Positions 19,090 to 31,000 of a stretch of DNA of 64,000 nucleotides are shown here, piece by piece. Within the stretch, counting starts at the first letter, position 1. Each line of letters begins with the position of its first letter. The position numbers and the translations under genes are program-made. The notes beneath the pieces are model-generated. The model had not been told where the DNA came from, ran no database searches, and was given only the letters and a program-made list of their open reading frames with translations. Source of the DNA: a virus; the IMG/VR virus record IMGVR_UViG_3300025317_000002, positions 1 through 64,000 of that record. One strand, written 5' to 3'.

Positions 19090-19397
19090 AAGCAAGGCGT
19101 GTTTTCGTTGAGAGGTTCCTCCAGGGAGAACCTATCTCCCAAGTGCTCGACGCAATTCTTCTCGAAGACGGAGCCAAAGTTGATTTCAGGGTAGTAAGAG
19201 AAGACGACTCCTCCTGGAAGGTTTACAGAGTCAGTATCCTCCCTGGAAGATCCAGACCTAAATCCGAGGAGCTTGGAACATTTACCTCGGAAGAAGAAGC
19301 CAATACATTCGCGATTTCTATGACAAAGGGAGTAGGTAAAGCCTACTTCCAGACCAAATTCGGCTCCGGTGCCGTCAGAACCCTAGACATAGATTAG
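19086..19397 (+). CDS. Small protein with the shared tag and a DUF2188-like domain
   Basis: FVERFLQGEPISQVLDAILLEDG; SSWKV...GTFTSEEEANTFA. Confidence 0.6.
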   Translation: MKARRVFVERFLQGEPISQVLDAILLEDGAKVDFRVVREDDSSWKVYRVSILPGRSRPKSEELGTFTSEEEANTFAISMTKGVGKAYFQTKFGSGAVRTLDID

Positions 19398-19406
19398 GAG
19401 AATCAT

Positions 19407-19970
19407 ATGGCTGTTGATAACATGTCGGCTCTCCACATTGCTCAAGGTGGCGACAACGGAGAGTATGAACCACAGCGAGCAAATAACTACAGAGTCGAAC
19501 TCTACTTGGACGATATTCCAGGGGCACAAGAGGTGATCACGCTCTCTATAATCGCTGGATTTCTTCCTACAGAGTCAAATGAGATTATCCGGATCGATTA
19601 TCTGAATGAGTATGTGAAGGTCGCAGGTAAGGCTGCTTGGGAGAACGGCCAGCTTGAGCTTGTGGATTATGCTGATCGGCCTACAGCCAACTCTATCCGA
19701 GCCTGGCGGCAGAAGGTCTACGATCCCCAAAACGGTAGAATCGGACTTGCCAAGGCCTACAAGAAACCAGGCTCCATCATTCTCATAGCTCCAGATGAAT
19801 CAACTACAAGAGAGTGGCAGCTTATTGGCTGCTGGCCTGCTCAGGTCAACTGGGGCAAGCTCGATATGGCGGCAAGAGACGCTTTAGTTCGAATGGTCAT
19901 TATGCTTTCTTTCGACAAGGCTATTTTCGTCCAACCTCTTCCCGCCAAGAACTTTAGCCTCTCGGCTTAA
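19407..19970 (+). CDS. gp19: Tail tube protein, T4 gp19 family
   Basis: EPQRANNYRV, VKVAGKAAWE, YKKPGSI...WQLIGCWP. Confidence 0.92.
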   Translation: MAVDNMSALHIAQGGDNGEYEPQRANNYRVELYLDDIPGAQEVITLSIIAGFLPTESNEIIRIDYLNEYVKVAGKAAWENGQLELVDYADRPTANSIRAWRQKVYDPQNGRIGLAKAYKKPGSIILIAPDESTTREWQLIGCWPAQVNWGKLDMAARDALVRMVIMLSFDKAIFVQPLPAKNFSLSA

Positions 19971-20008
19971 CATCTAACCTGACACCTCTTCCTACAAGGA
20001 GAAGCACC

Positions 20009-20818
20009 ATGGAAGAAACAGTGGAGTTCCAGGAATTGGAATCCAAACCTATCCCTTTACCTACCGTTACCCTCCCCTCTCGAGGCATTCTTTACGGGGA
20101 GAGTGCCCCGGATGGAGTTGTAACGGTGTTTCCAACAGGCACAAAAGAGGACAAACTATTTGCCTCGATTACCAGAACTTCTGGAGAAGAGATCTACAAT
20201 CGAATTTTTAGCTCCTGCATCCAGCCAGCCATAAACCCAACTGAGCTTATTGCAGGAGATAGAACATTTCTCATGCTTTGTATTCGAGCCATCTCCCACA
20301 TCTACCCTTATCAGTTTCCTACGAGATGCATAATGTGTGGCTGGCAGGACAAGTTCGAGATCTCAATTCATAAGGATCTTCTCACAGAAGAAAGAATCAA
20401 GTATCTTCTAGAAGGCTTTACAGAACCCTTTGAGGTCGAGCTTCCTTATTCCAAGACGTCTGTGCAATGCAAGCACCTTCGTGGTACTGATCTTCAGGCC
20501 ATTGCTTCCTATGGAGAAAATAGAGTTAAGTTAGGTCAAGATGCAGAAGAAGCCAAATACATCTATCGCTTCGTCAAGCATATTGTCTCGATCGAGGGGA
20601 AACCCAAAGTATCCCTATCGGATAAGCTCAGCTTCGTGGAGGGCCTAAAATCAATTGACACGGATGCGCTCCGAATGGGAATCAACAAGAACTACTGTGG
20701 CGTAAATACCACACTTCGCCCGACTTGTAAGCGGTGTGGCTACATAGACGAAATTCGGCTTCCGATCTTGCCGGAGTTTTTTCGTCCTACCCTCCGAGGT
20801 GTATTCGGCGATTCTTGA
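20009..20818 (+). CDS. Baseplate hub / tail assembly chaperone, T4 gp26-like
   Basis: VTLPSRG..Y, GDRTFLMLCIRAIS, CIMC and CKRC, ends near EFF. Confidence 0.85.
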   Translation: MEETVEFQELESKPIPLPTVTLPSRGILYGESAPDGVVTVFPTGTKEDKLFASITRTSGEEIYNRIFSSCIQPAINPTELIAGDRTFLMLCIRAISHIYPYQFPTRCIMCGWQDKFEISIHKDLLTEERIKYLLEGFTEPFEVELPYSKTSVQCKHLRGTDLQAIASYGENRVKLGQDAEEAKYIYRFVKHIVSIEGKPKVSLSDKLSFVEGLKSIDTDALRMGINKNYCGVNTTLRPTCKRCGYIDEIRLPILPEFFRPTLRGVFGDS

Positions 20819-20954
20819 TCGAGAGTACGCCCTCGCACGTCACACAAGCTTTACCTACGCGGACATGGAGGGGATGACGTTTCAAGAGCTAGATGCTTTC
20901 TATAAGAGGCTCGCCAGGGAAATGGAAGAGCGCAAGAAGAAAATGAAGGGCTAA
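20799..20954 (+). CDS. gp51-like chaperone segment in the +1 frame of the hub gene (absent from the ORF track)
   Basis: YSAILDREYALARHTSFTYADMEGMTFQELDAFYKRLAREMEE; open from the slippery GAG TTT TTT C at 20774-20783. Confidence 0.7.
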   Translation: MYSAILDREYALARHTSFTYADMEGMTFQELDAFYKRLAREMEERKKKMKG

Positions 20955-20955
20955 G

Positions 20956-23142
20956 ATGGCCGTTGAAGAGACCGCAGATTTCATGGGCATGAACATCGAT
21001 TTCAACCTGAGCACTTCAGGTTCCTTCGAGCACATGCATCAAGCTGTAGATCTCTGGGACGGAATGCTTGATACCTTCTCAGACGTAACCAGACGTGCTG
21101 GCTTCACCAAGGACTCCATCAACAGCCTCACAAATTCTTTCGGCGACCTCTTAGACGACCTTCCTACCGTTGCTGAGATGCTAAAGGGCGTAAAGGACGT
21201 CCTTCCTGACATAGGGGTTGGCTTATTTGGACTGTTGCATCCGAAGATAGTGGAAGCTGCTGCAACGCTCCAGGAGCAGATCATCAACCTCAAAAACACT
21301 GCCCAAGGCATGGAGGAAGTAGCTGATTCCTTAGCCAAGGCAGCGAGAGATCTGGCAGCGGAAACAAAGGGAGTCTTTGACCCCGTTGCTACCCTCCAGG
21401 TGGCTCAGTTTTGGGCCAATCAAGGAGAGCAGATCGATGAGGTCATTCTTAAGCTTGTCAAATACGGAGAGGTCTTCAGCCAGGTTACGCACCAGAATAG
21501 ATTTGCCACAGCCGACTTTATGAGGGAACTCAAAACTACGCTCGGTATGTCCGAGACTGAGCTTGTAACTCTCCTTGCAAGCATCAACGCAGTCAAGAGT
21601 CTGAAGGGAATTCCAGGTTTCATGCCAGAAGACATTCAGCAGATCCTAAGAGCTAATGTTGGGGCACTGGGCATCATCAATCCTGAAGCCAGGACGAAAG
21701 CGATGGGAGACATTATCGGTATGGCGGGAGCACTCAAGGCCGCAGGATTTACTGGGGATGTAGGGGGCATCTTCAACCAACTCTTAGTCGGTCTTCAGGC
21801 CCCATCAGAAAGTGCGGGATTCCAACGCATTGCGAAGCCACTTTCAATTGCTGGAGTGCCAATTGAGCCTATGCAGCGAGCAATGGATCGAGGAGACGTA
21901 AGAGAAGTCCTTGAACTCTTTATCACAGGCCTTCGGGATTTGCTAAACACCACTGGAGGTGCTGGAAAACTTGCCGGCCTCACTAATGTAATGGGGATGA
22001 GCCCAGAAGAGGCTGCTAAGTTCGCAATGGTTCTTCCCCGCTTCGATCCAAAAGAAGCAGACAGAGTAATTGAAGTTTGGCAAAATATCAGCAAGAACAT
22101 GCAACTTATGCTCGAGCAGTTTGACAGAACTCAAACAGGTTTCAATAAGGCTGTAGAGAGAAACAGAAATCTCATGACTCTCATCCGTCAGGATCTTGGA
22201 GTCGAGACTTTGAATCCCCTTACTTACGGACTAAATACCATAAATGAGCTTCTCGTCAAACTCCACACCTGGCTTGAGAAGCAAGATGAAGCAACTAAGA
22301 AAAACATTATAAGCTTCATTGGTTGGGGTGAAGCCATCTTAGGTCTCGTGGCTTCAGGCGGAGCACTTCGCATTCTGACTGGAGTTCTTGGAGGAGGAGC
22401 TGCTGCAGGTGGAATCTTTAGCCTTGGAGTTCTTGGGATGCTTATCGCTATTACGGCTGCCTTGACTGCAGGATACCTGGTTTGGAAGAACTGGGAGACA
22501 ATCCTTCCTGTTATTACAGCTCTACTTGGAAAGTTTAATGACAAAGCACTTGAAAACCCAGACTTTAATCCGCTTGGCCTCGGTGCAGTCTCTAGGAGTA
22601 TGGATAAGTATATTCGAGAACAGATTGCTGCTGGAAACAAAGATCCTAATATGTGGGGTTGGGTTTGGGACACTCTCAAAGAATACTCCAATGTTAGGCC
22701 AGAAAATTCTCAAGAAGCCAGGATAAGAGGAGAACAAGAGAGAGCTTATCAACTAGAACTGGACAAGAGATACGGAGAAAAGCATGGCACAGGAGATTAC
22801 TTTGATGAGCAAGGTTATCATGCTCCTACAATTGAGGTCAAAATTGAGCCTGTAATACCAGATCCATTTCATCCTGGAAGAGTTGTAACCCCCTCAGAGC
22901 TGGCACCAGGAATCTTTGAAGACCTCAAATCTCTCCTTCAAGGAAACAATGTTTCCAAAGAGACAATCCAGAAGTTCGAAAAAGCCATCTCGGAAAATGC
23001 TGCTGCTTCCAAGGAACACACTGAAGCAGTAAAAGCTGTTCGCCAGGCTCTTTTGGAAGAGGGAATTCTAATCAAGAGCAATCAGACAGATATACTCTTT
23101 CATTACGCTAGTATGCCCTCAAGACCCTATGTTCCATTCTAG
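20956..23142 (+). CDS. Tape measure protein
   Basis: Follows the chaperones; helical, with a G/A/L-rich hydrophobic segment ending YLVWKNWE. Confidence 0.8.
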   Translation: MAVEETADFMGMNIDFNLSTSGSFEHMHQAVDLWDGMLDTFSDVTRRAGFTKDSINSLTNSFGDLLDDLPTVAEMLKGVKDVLPDIGVGLFGLLHPKIVEAAATLQEQIINLKNTAQGMEEVADSLAKAARDLAAETKGVFDPVATLQVAQFWANQGEQIDEVILKLVKYGEVFSQVTHQNRFATADFMRELKTTLGMSETELVTLLASINAVKSLKGIPGFMPEDIQQILRANVGALGIINPEARTKAMGDIIGMAGALKAAGFTGDVGGIFNQLLVGLQAPSESAGFQRIAKPLSIAGVPIEPMQRAMDRGDVREVLELFITGLRDLLNTTGGAGKLAGLTNVMGMSPEEAAKFAMVLPRFDPKEADRVIEVWQNISKNMQLMLEQFDRTQTGFNKAVERNRNLMTLIRQDLGVETLNPLTYGLNTINELLVKLHTWLEKQDEATKKNIISFIGWGEAILGLVASGGALRILTGVLGGGAAAGGIFSLGVLGMLIAITAALTAGYLVWKNWETILPVITALLGKFNDKALENPDFNPLGLGAVSRSMDKYIREQIAAGNKDPNMWGWVWDTLKEYSNVRPENSQEARIRGEQERAYQLELDKRYGEKHGTGDYFDEQGYHAPTIEVKIEPVIPDPFHPGRVVTPSELAPGIFEDLKSLLQGNNVSKETIQKFEKAISENAAASKEHTEAVKAVRQALLEEGILIKSNQTDILFHYASMPSRPYVPF

Positions 23143-23172
23143 GGAAATGGAACATACTTAGAGGAATAGGGA

Positions 23173-23730
23173 ATGCCAAATCTCACTTCTGCATACATTG
23201 TCGATCTCGACAATCCTCAGGACAAGCTGGAGTTCCAGTTCATGCCTCCTGAGATCGAAGAAGACAAGATTGCAGATTGGGAACACTTTACCATCATCGG
23301 GAGATCTGAACCTGTCCAAGGTTGGGGCTCGAGTGGACCCAGAACATTCAACTTGACTTTGAGATTCATTGCAGGTGACTTAACTCCTGAGGAAGTCAAA
23401 CAAAAGGTTGACTTTTGCAGGTCACTCGTTTATCCTGATTATGCGGCAAACCTTACCCCGCCTCCTGACCTTCTCTTGATTGTGGGTAAGCTATTCTCGT
23501 CTCAAGTGATCTGCAAGAGCTACCGAACCAAGTATATGTCTCCTTGGGATACGATAACTCTTCTTCCCTATCAAGCTGAGGTTACTTTCACCTTCGAGGA
23601 AGTCAACCAGTTCCCATTTGGAAAGAAGGAAGTGAGATCAGGTAGAGACATATCGAGACAACCTGTAATCCAAAAGGACGAACCTATTAAAAACGTTGAT
23701 TTCGCAATTTCAACAGAAAATCTGGCTTAG
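23173..23730 (+). CDS. Tail tube initiator (P2 gpU / CIS tube-like)
   Basis: LEFQFMPPEI...IIGRSEPVQGW.SSGPRTFNLTL...AEVTFTFEE. Confidence 0.8.
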   Translation: MPNLTSAYIVDLDNPQDKLEFQFMPPEIEEDKIADWEHFTIIGRSEPVQGWGSSGPRTFNLTLRFIAGDLTPEEVKQKVDFCRSLVYPDYAANLTPPPDLLLIVGKLFSSQVICKSYRTKYMSPWDTITLLPYQAEVTFTFEEVNQFPFGKKEVRSGRDISRQPVIQKDEPIKNVDFAISTENLA

Positions 23731-23732
23731 AC

Positions 23733-24299
23733 ATGATCATTGCACTAGACATTCAACATCTAAATAAACCTCCTTCGGCTTCTAACCCCAAGAGTTCTAA
23801 AGATAGAGGGGTAGCTTACGGCACTTTGACCGAGGTAGACATTTCGACCGTCTATGCCAACCTCGCAAGGCAGCTTCTCGATAAAGCAGGTCATACTGTC
23901 TACATGGGATTTACTGGAGAATACTCAGAGAGACAGTCTCTGGCGGTCAGGATGAAAACAGATGTCTACATCGCCTGTCATGTCAATGCTGGAAAGGGAT
24001 CTTATTCTCTTATCGAGATCAAGAAGAAGTCCTCTGGAAAAGATCTTCCCTATGCTCAGATTCTTCTTGACGCACTTCTATCCAAGCTCGGAACAAAGAA
24101 AGCTTCAACTCCCATCTGGGAACTCCAGGAAGGGGATAGGGGGTTTAGTTGTATCTCAAACACACAGATGGTTTCCTTGCTCCTCGAACCCTTCTTCATT
24201 GATAATGATGAATACTACAAGAAGGTGCTCACAGGTGAACTCCAAGAACAAATTGCCCAAGCGATATTGGAGGCCGTAACAAAATGGAGCCAAAAGTAG
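23733..24299 (+). CDS. N-acetylmuramoyl-L-alanine amidase (Amidase_3)
   Basis: IALDIQH...E...YIACHVNAG...LLEPFFIDN Zn-binding and catalytic motifs. Confidence 0.88.
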   Translation: MIIALDIQHLNKPPSASNPKSSKDRGVAYGTLTEVDISTVYANLARQLLDKAGHTVYMGFTGEYSERQSLAVRMKTDVYIACHVNAGKGSYSLIEIKKKSSGKDLPYAQILLDALLSKLGTKKASTPIWELQEGDRGFSCISNTQMVSLLLEPFFIDNDEYYKKVLTGELQEQIAQAILEAVTKWSQK

Positions 24300-24661
24300 A
24301 ATTCCCGAATGAAACCAAAGCAGAGATCCTCAAATCTCTTGAGGATGCACTTTTAAATTCTGCTTCTCAGTATAATCTTTCTCTTCATGAAGTAAAGAAT
24401 CTCTTTTTCACAGGGTTAGGGGAAGCTGAAAAGCTTGAAGATCTCTATTCTAAAGAAGAAGGAGACCTGAAATCCCTAGAGTGGCATAGGGCCATGAAAA
24501 GTAAACTCTCCCCTGAGCCGTGGTATGAAAAAATTCCGGGTTGGATCATTGACCTAGTTAAAGTCGTTGCAGTAGGAGCAGTAAAAGGCTACCTCCTAAG
24601 AGACCACTACTCTTTCTTCGAAGAGGCAAAGCGTCATGAGCACACCAAGAAGACTTCATAG
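24284..24661 (+). CDS. Hypothetical protein
   Basis: GGAGG RBS; overlaps both neighbours. Confidence 0.65.
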   Translation: MEPKVEFPNETKAEILKSLEDALLNSASQYNLSLHEVKNLFFTGLGEAEKLEDLYSKEEGDLKSLEWHRAMKSKLSPEPWYEKIPGWIIDLVKVVAVGAVKGYLLRDHYSFFEEAKRHEHTKKTS

Positions 24662-25028
24662 ATTCGGTAAGGAAGAAACAACCTTCCTACGAACCGTAAC
24701 AGCGGATGATACTATCCCTCCAATTGAAGGTATGTTTCAAGCTGAAGCAGAGGGATACGAAGAGACCAATTATTATCTCAAGTTTGCCAGCACTGACTTT
24801 GTCGTAACGGCTCATATCTATATTTGGGTGGAACCGGAAGCCTTCGTAACGGGTAGTAAAGCAAGTCATCCTGATTTTCCGATTCTCTTTGTGGACCCTA
24901 TTCCTGGGATCAAAGACTCGACGCTTCTCACAGTAAATTCCAGAGGAAAGAAAACCGCGCTTCTTCTTACAAAGGACTCTGGGACGAACATGAGCGTCAA
25001 CATCTATTTCGATGGTAACAACTATTAG
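24636..25028 (+). CDS. Hypothetical beta-rich protein upstream of the giant fibre gene
   Basis: GAGG RBS; operon position. Confidence 0.65.
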   Translation: MSTPRRLHRFGKEETTFLRTVTADDTIPPIEGMFQAEAEGYEETNYYLKFASTDFVVTAHIYIWVEPEAFVTGSKASHPDFPILFVDPIPGIKDSTLLTVNSRGKKTALLLTKDSGTNMSVNIYFDGNNY

Positions 25029-25045
25029 AAAGTCTGGAGTATCTT

Positions 25046-28000
25046 ATGTGGCCGCTTGTAGGATTCATCTCGAATTATCTCACAACTCCTGAGGGAGACA
25101 AGAGATACACCAAGCTTGTCTCTTTTGCCGTTTCCAAGTCCGATATCCCTTCCCTTAAAGCTGTTCCGGCAGCGGAAGCTACTCCTGTAGGGGACGTTTA
25201 CATTGACCACCAGTCTAGGTGGGTGGAAAATGTTACTGGAATGACGACCCCTACTATCCCAACGATTGCACAGCAAGGAACTCCAGGAAGTGCAACTTAT
25301 GGCTACCAGGTTGCTGCTGTTAGTGCGAATGGGGAGACTCCTCTTTCTCCGGAAAGAGAAACTACAACAGGGCCTACCACTCTCAACGGAACAGATTTCA
25401 ATAGAATTACTTGGTCCGCAGTGACAGGAGCCACATCCTACAAAGTTTACCGAACCACGTCGTCTGGTTCAGGCGACCAGACCACACTTGGTTTGATTGG
25501 AACCATCTCTGCCCCCACAACTCAGTTTGACGACCAGGGAGGAGTCTCCACCGCAGCTATTCCTCTTGGCCGTGGTTCCCATTATGTCTTTGATGCTCAA
25601 GCCACAGCAGTTTCAGATGGCATTCTTGCAGTTAGGCCGGATGATATTGCAAATGATACCATCCCAGGCCGCTGGATTCAAACTCCCTTTGAAGTAACAA
25701 TTGATCATAATCTTCTTGATAATCTCGATCAAGGAGACAAGCATACCCAATATACTCTTCTTGCGGGTCGTTCCGGTACAGCCAACGACATAATTCTTTC
25801 GACCACGGCTTCTGGCAAACTTTCTGGTTCTTCTGCTTCTGGTCAAGGGCTTACGCTCCAATCTACAATACATGGAACTAAAGGCCCAATCTCATTTGGG
25901 GCCAGTTCTTACAATGAAGTAAATGACTATGTGATATTTGGTGGATCTGCATCCCTTGCTAACGTATTTAGTATAAAGACATCTGGTACTCTTGATTCTG
26001 CTACTGCCCTTTCTATTGCAGGTCTTAATATTGAGCAAGCTTTAGCTGCTGGCTCAAATAACAATGAACGCGTCTATGCTATGCGTGTGGTGCCGTCATT
26101 TCTTGATCTTACTAGAACAGGAATGGCCCACTATGGGTTTGTATGCTCAGATGGACTTTCGGGGTTCCAGACTCTTACTCCTACAGCAATTCTAGAAATA
26201 GTATCTAGTCAAGTATCAGGAACCCAAAATGCGATTACTTCTGGATCAAGTACAACTGTAACTACAACTGCCAATGCTTTTGCGAACGTCCATGTAGGTG
26301 CCCTTATTACAGCTAACTCTCTTACAAGAATGGTGGTGGCAAAGGCGTCTACTACATCTCTTACAGTAGACACAGCAGTAGATTGGGATAACACCGGAGC
26401 GGGGTATGCATTTACCTTCAAAAACCCCATACTCAATCTGACCGATACCTCAACAGTTCTTGCCTTTCTTGCAACAGATGGCGGATTGGCTATTCGAGAA
26501 ACAAGTGCGGTCTATAAAATAGCAAATCATGGGCGTGTCTACACAAAGGATGTTTCTGGCATTACCGAGTTGTTCTACATGGATAGTGCGGGGGCAGAAG
26601 AACAAATTTCTTCTGGGGCAGGAGGGCCGGTAGAAGGTTCTGGCACGTTAAATTTCCTTTCCAAGTGGACTCCGGATGGAAATACTATCGGCGATTCTCA
26701 GATAGCTGATAACGGGACAATTGTTTCCATTACAAAGAGTGGAGCAGGAACTCTCGATCTCTTCCGATTTGCTTCTTCCCAAACTGCTGCAAATAATAGT
26801 GGCACAAATATTTTATTCAATGCACTCCGGACCACTTCTGGAACTACGGATGTAGCAAGCGTAGCAGGACTTATCACCGACATTACAGATAATGCCTACA
26901 AGGGAGCCCTCCTTTTCAAAACATCCAATAATACTGCTCCTGCTGAAGTTGCCAGATTCGATTATCTGGGCAATCTTCTATTTGCTGCTGGAGAGACGGG
27001 AAATATAGGAGCGGTCGGAGCGACAAGACCGGATAATGTTTATGTCAAAACCTCAGTCGTAATTGGTTCAACTACAACAGTCACTACCGATACTGTAGCA
27101 TTTTCGGCTGGTGGCACTGTATCTACAGTAGGAGCAAATCTTCTTGTTAATCCTGGAAACTCTATTGTCTCATTTGGAGGAAATACAGCTTCCTTTCCTG
27201 CCTTAAAAAGAAATGCGACTGCTCTTAACTTTCGTCTTGCAGATGACTCTGCTGATGCTCCTTTTACTTCTGGATCTGGAACTCTATCTGGCCTTCTCTC
27301 ATTTTCAGGTACTACTCACGCTGGATTACGGCTCAATACTCTTACTACTACACAGAGAGATGCCATCTCTCCTATTGCTGGGGATCTCATCTATAACTCT
27401 ACGACCGCCCAGTACGAGAAGTATGAGGGAGCAGCTTGGAAGTCTCTCGGTCCTACTGGAATTGCAAGTGGAGTTGGAGTTTTAAATTCACCAGCTTATT
27501 GGAATGGCACAGACACGCTGGCAGGAAACTCTAATTGGGTATGGGATAATACTAATGTTAGGATGGGGGTTGGAAAATCGGTTCCATTAGCACCTCTTCA
27601 CACTTTAAAATCCGCTGCACCTTCAACACAAACTTTTAATTTTGAAGATGGGACTGTTCAGGGTTGGACCGGGGATTTTGTTCCTGGTAATACAGACCCA
27701 CATGGTGGATCATGGATGATTGAAACGGGTACGTCATCATCCAATACTTATAATGCATCATATGCATCCATTACTGTAGGTCAATCATCTACGTTTTCTG
27801 CATGGGTGAAGGGGGGTAGCACCGGAAATTGGTATTTAGTTGTGGATGGGGTGCAGCAGGCAAGTACAGGATCTCATGGTGAATGGGATCAAATAAGTGT
27901 TGCTTTGTCTGAAGGAACTCATTCGTTAGGGGTAAGAATTATCCGATCTGGAGGTGGAACAGCGAATGCGCGGATTGATGATATAACAGTAACGAATACT

Positions 28001-31000
28001 ACTCCTCCTGACTACACAGCGGTTAACGCTTTATTTGAAGGGTGGGTAGGAATAGGTGGCACCACATCCCCGGATGGAATACTAGAAATCGCTCCTCCGG
28101 CACAATCGAGGTCAGTGGAAACTCCGTTTTTAATTGTGGATGGGGCGGAGAATCTTCTTACTCTGACTGACAATATCACAGATCAGAGATGGCTATCGAT
28201 TCCTGCCCCTACTATCTCCATTTCAAGTGCAAAGACTGTAACAAGAGGAACATCTCTTTACATTGGGGGTGCTCCTTCTAATTCTGGTGCGGGAACTCTT
28301 TCTGCTGCATATTCCATATTTTCGGATAATGGACTTGTCCGATTCGATAGAGAGTCTATTGGGGCTACACCAACCGATGGAATTCAACTCCTAAACAATA
28401 CCGCTGCTGCGGACGGAGCCCAGCAGTATGGACCAGCCCTTCACCAAGGGGGGTATGGCTGGAAGACAGATGCCACTGCTGCTTCTCAAGCAGTAGATTG
28501 GATGCTATATCCTACTGCTGTTCAAGCCGCGGCGAATCCTACATCTGTCTATAATTGGGATTTCTCAGTAAATGGTGGGGCCTATGCTACCAAGCTGTCC
28601 CTATCATCGGCGGGTCTCTTGACTTTAACCCAAGTTAAGATTACTGGGGGGACCCCCGGCATTGATAAGATTCTTACAGATTCAGATGGAACTGGCTTAG
28701 CAGTATGGAAAACTCTAGGAGAGTTAGGAACGGCAGTAGATAAAGTAGGGACTCCGGTAGATGAGCAGGTAGCAATCTGGACTGATGCTAATACTATTGA
28801 GGGCAAAACACTTACTCAAACGGCCAATCAAGTACTTATTGTTCAAGATGCAACAACCGTTACTTTTTCTACTCCTCAAAGTATTCATACTGCTGCTACT
28901 CCTCAATTTGCTAAATTAGGGCTTGGGCTGGCGGCTGGATCTGAAGCATTAGATATACTAGGTAGAATAAAGTTTGGGATGAGTCGAGCTGATGCAACTC
29001 AGAAGGATGCTTATTTGCTTGTTCCTCATTATACTAATGTTGAAGAGGAGCTTCTAGCATTCTATGGAACATCTTCTGCTACTGGTAATACTCTGGTATT
29101 TGGGGGTGGCGGATCGGCTTTTAATGCCGCAACTGTAATATTATTCAAGACAGCAGCAAATACTACTACTCTCAATGGAACAGAACGATTGAGAATTGAT
29201 AGTACTGGATTACTAAAATTTTCTGCCTATTCTACAGGCATTCTCCATTCTGACGCAGATGGAGATATTACCTCGTCAGCTACTAACCTAGCAAGCGCAG
29301 ATGTGACTGGGCTTCTTCCCCTGGCGAATGGGGGATTGAATGCTAACTTAACAGCTTCTAACGGTGGAATTTTCTATTCTACTGCAACTGCCGGAGCTAT
29401 TTTAGCAGGAACTGCTACGGCTAACAAAATTCTCCTCTCCGGCTCTAGTGCGGCTCCTGCATGGTCAACAGCTACGTATCCCACTACGACTACAATCAAC
29501 CAAATTCTTTATTCTTCAGCAGCTAATACAGTGGTAGGACTGGCTTCCACTGCCAGTTCCATTTTAGTGACCGATGGAAGTAGTGTTCCTTCTCTAGCAA
29601 CCGATATACCCACTGCTATAACGATTGGGGGAGCTTATATTTACAGAGCAAGTGGAACGGATGTTTCTCTAGCTGATGGAGGTACTAACGCTTCCCTAAC
29701 TGCTGTAGCTGGGGCAGTAGCCTACTCTGGGGCCTCCGCAATAGTTTTTAATGCTGCTGGCAATAGTGGTGAGTTTCTAAGAAGTGGAGGTACTGGTTCA
29801 CCCACATGGTTTGATCTTTTCACTACTGCTAATACATTTACAGCAGCACAGACAATAAACAACGGAACAACTCCAGCAGATAATCTCATTCTTACAATTG
29901 CGGCAATAGGCGTTGCTGGAACAAGGGATTCTCATTCCATTAGGTTTACTGGGGCATCCGATGATGGATTTGCTCATATTGTAGATTGGAAGCTCTTCAA
30001 TGACGTTACATCTAATGCCGGAGCTTCTACTTTTACATTTCAATCAAGAGTGGACGTAGCAAGTCTTACAACGAGATTTTCCTGTACCGATGCTGGTATA
30101 TTTAATCTTATGTCGGGAGGTGTTTACCAAGTCAACGGCATAGCAATAAAAGATCTTGCAGAGACATTCCAGAACAAGACCCTTGACAATACCAACACCG
30201 TCAACCTTAAAGACACTCTTTTTACACTTGAGGATGATGGTGATTCCACCAAGAAGCTTCAGTTCCAGCTCTCCGGAATCACAACAGGAAACACAAGAAC
30301 ACTCACAGTCCCGAATGCAAGCGACGTTATCGCAGTTCTTGGGCTTATTCAAACGTTCCAGAATAAGACGCTGGACAATTCGAACACTTTCAATGCGAAG
30401 GATACGCTTTTCACCCTGGAAGACGACGGGGATGCAACCAAGAAGCTCCAATTCCAATGTTCGGGGATTACTGGCGGACAAACTAGAACTCTTACTGCCC
30501 CTGATGCTTCAGGAACCTTAGCCCTCTTGGGTTTAGCCCAAACATTCTCTGCCGCGCAGACATTTTCTTCGGATGTTTCGTTTGGTGGAAATATTCTCTT
30601 TACTGGAACAGCCAAGGCATTTGAGATAAAGACCAGCTCTGTTCTTGTAGAGGATAACCATATCTACTTGAACTCTGGGTATACTGCTGATACAGCGCAG
30701 ACAGGTGGTTTTGTGATCAATTATGACCCGACTACAACCACTGATACGGTAGCTGCAACAGGATTTGTCGCAGGAGTAGCTTCTACCAGTAATCCTACCG
30801 TGATTACAACTGGATCTGCAACTTTTTCGGCGCATGATTTGATTCAAATATCTGGGGCAGAGAACCCAAATAATAATGGACTCTTTGAAGTTCTGACGCA
30901 TACTGTAACAACACTTACCATAAAAGGTATTGGAACAACTGCGACTACTCAAGATTGGGTTCAGAATCAGTTTGTAACTGATACGACGGTTGCGGGATCA

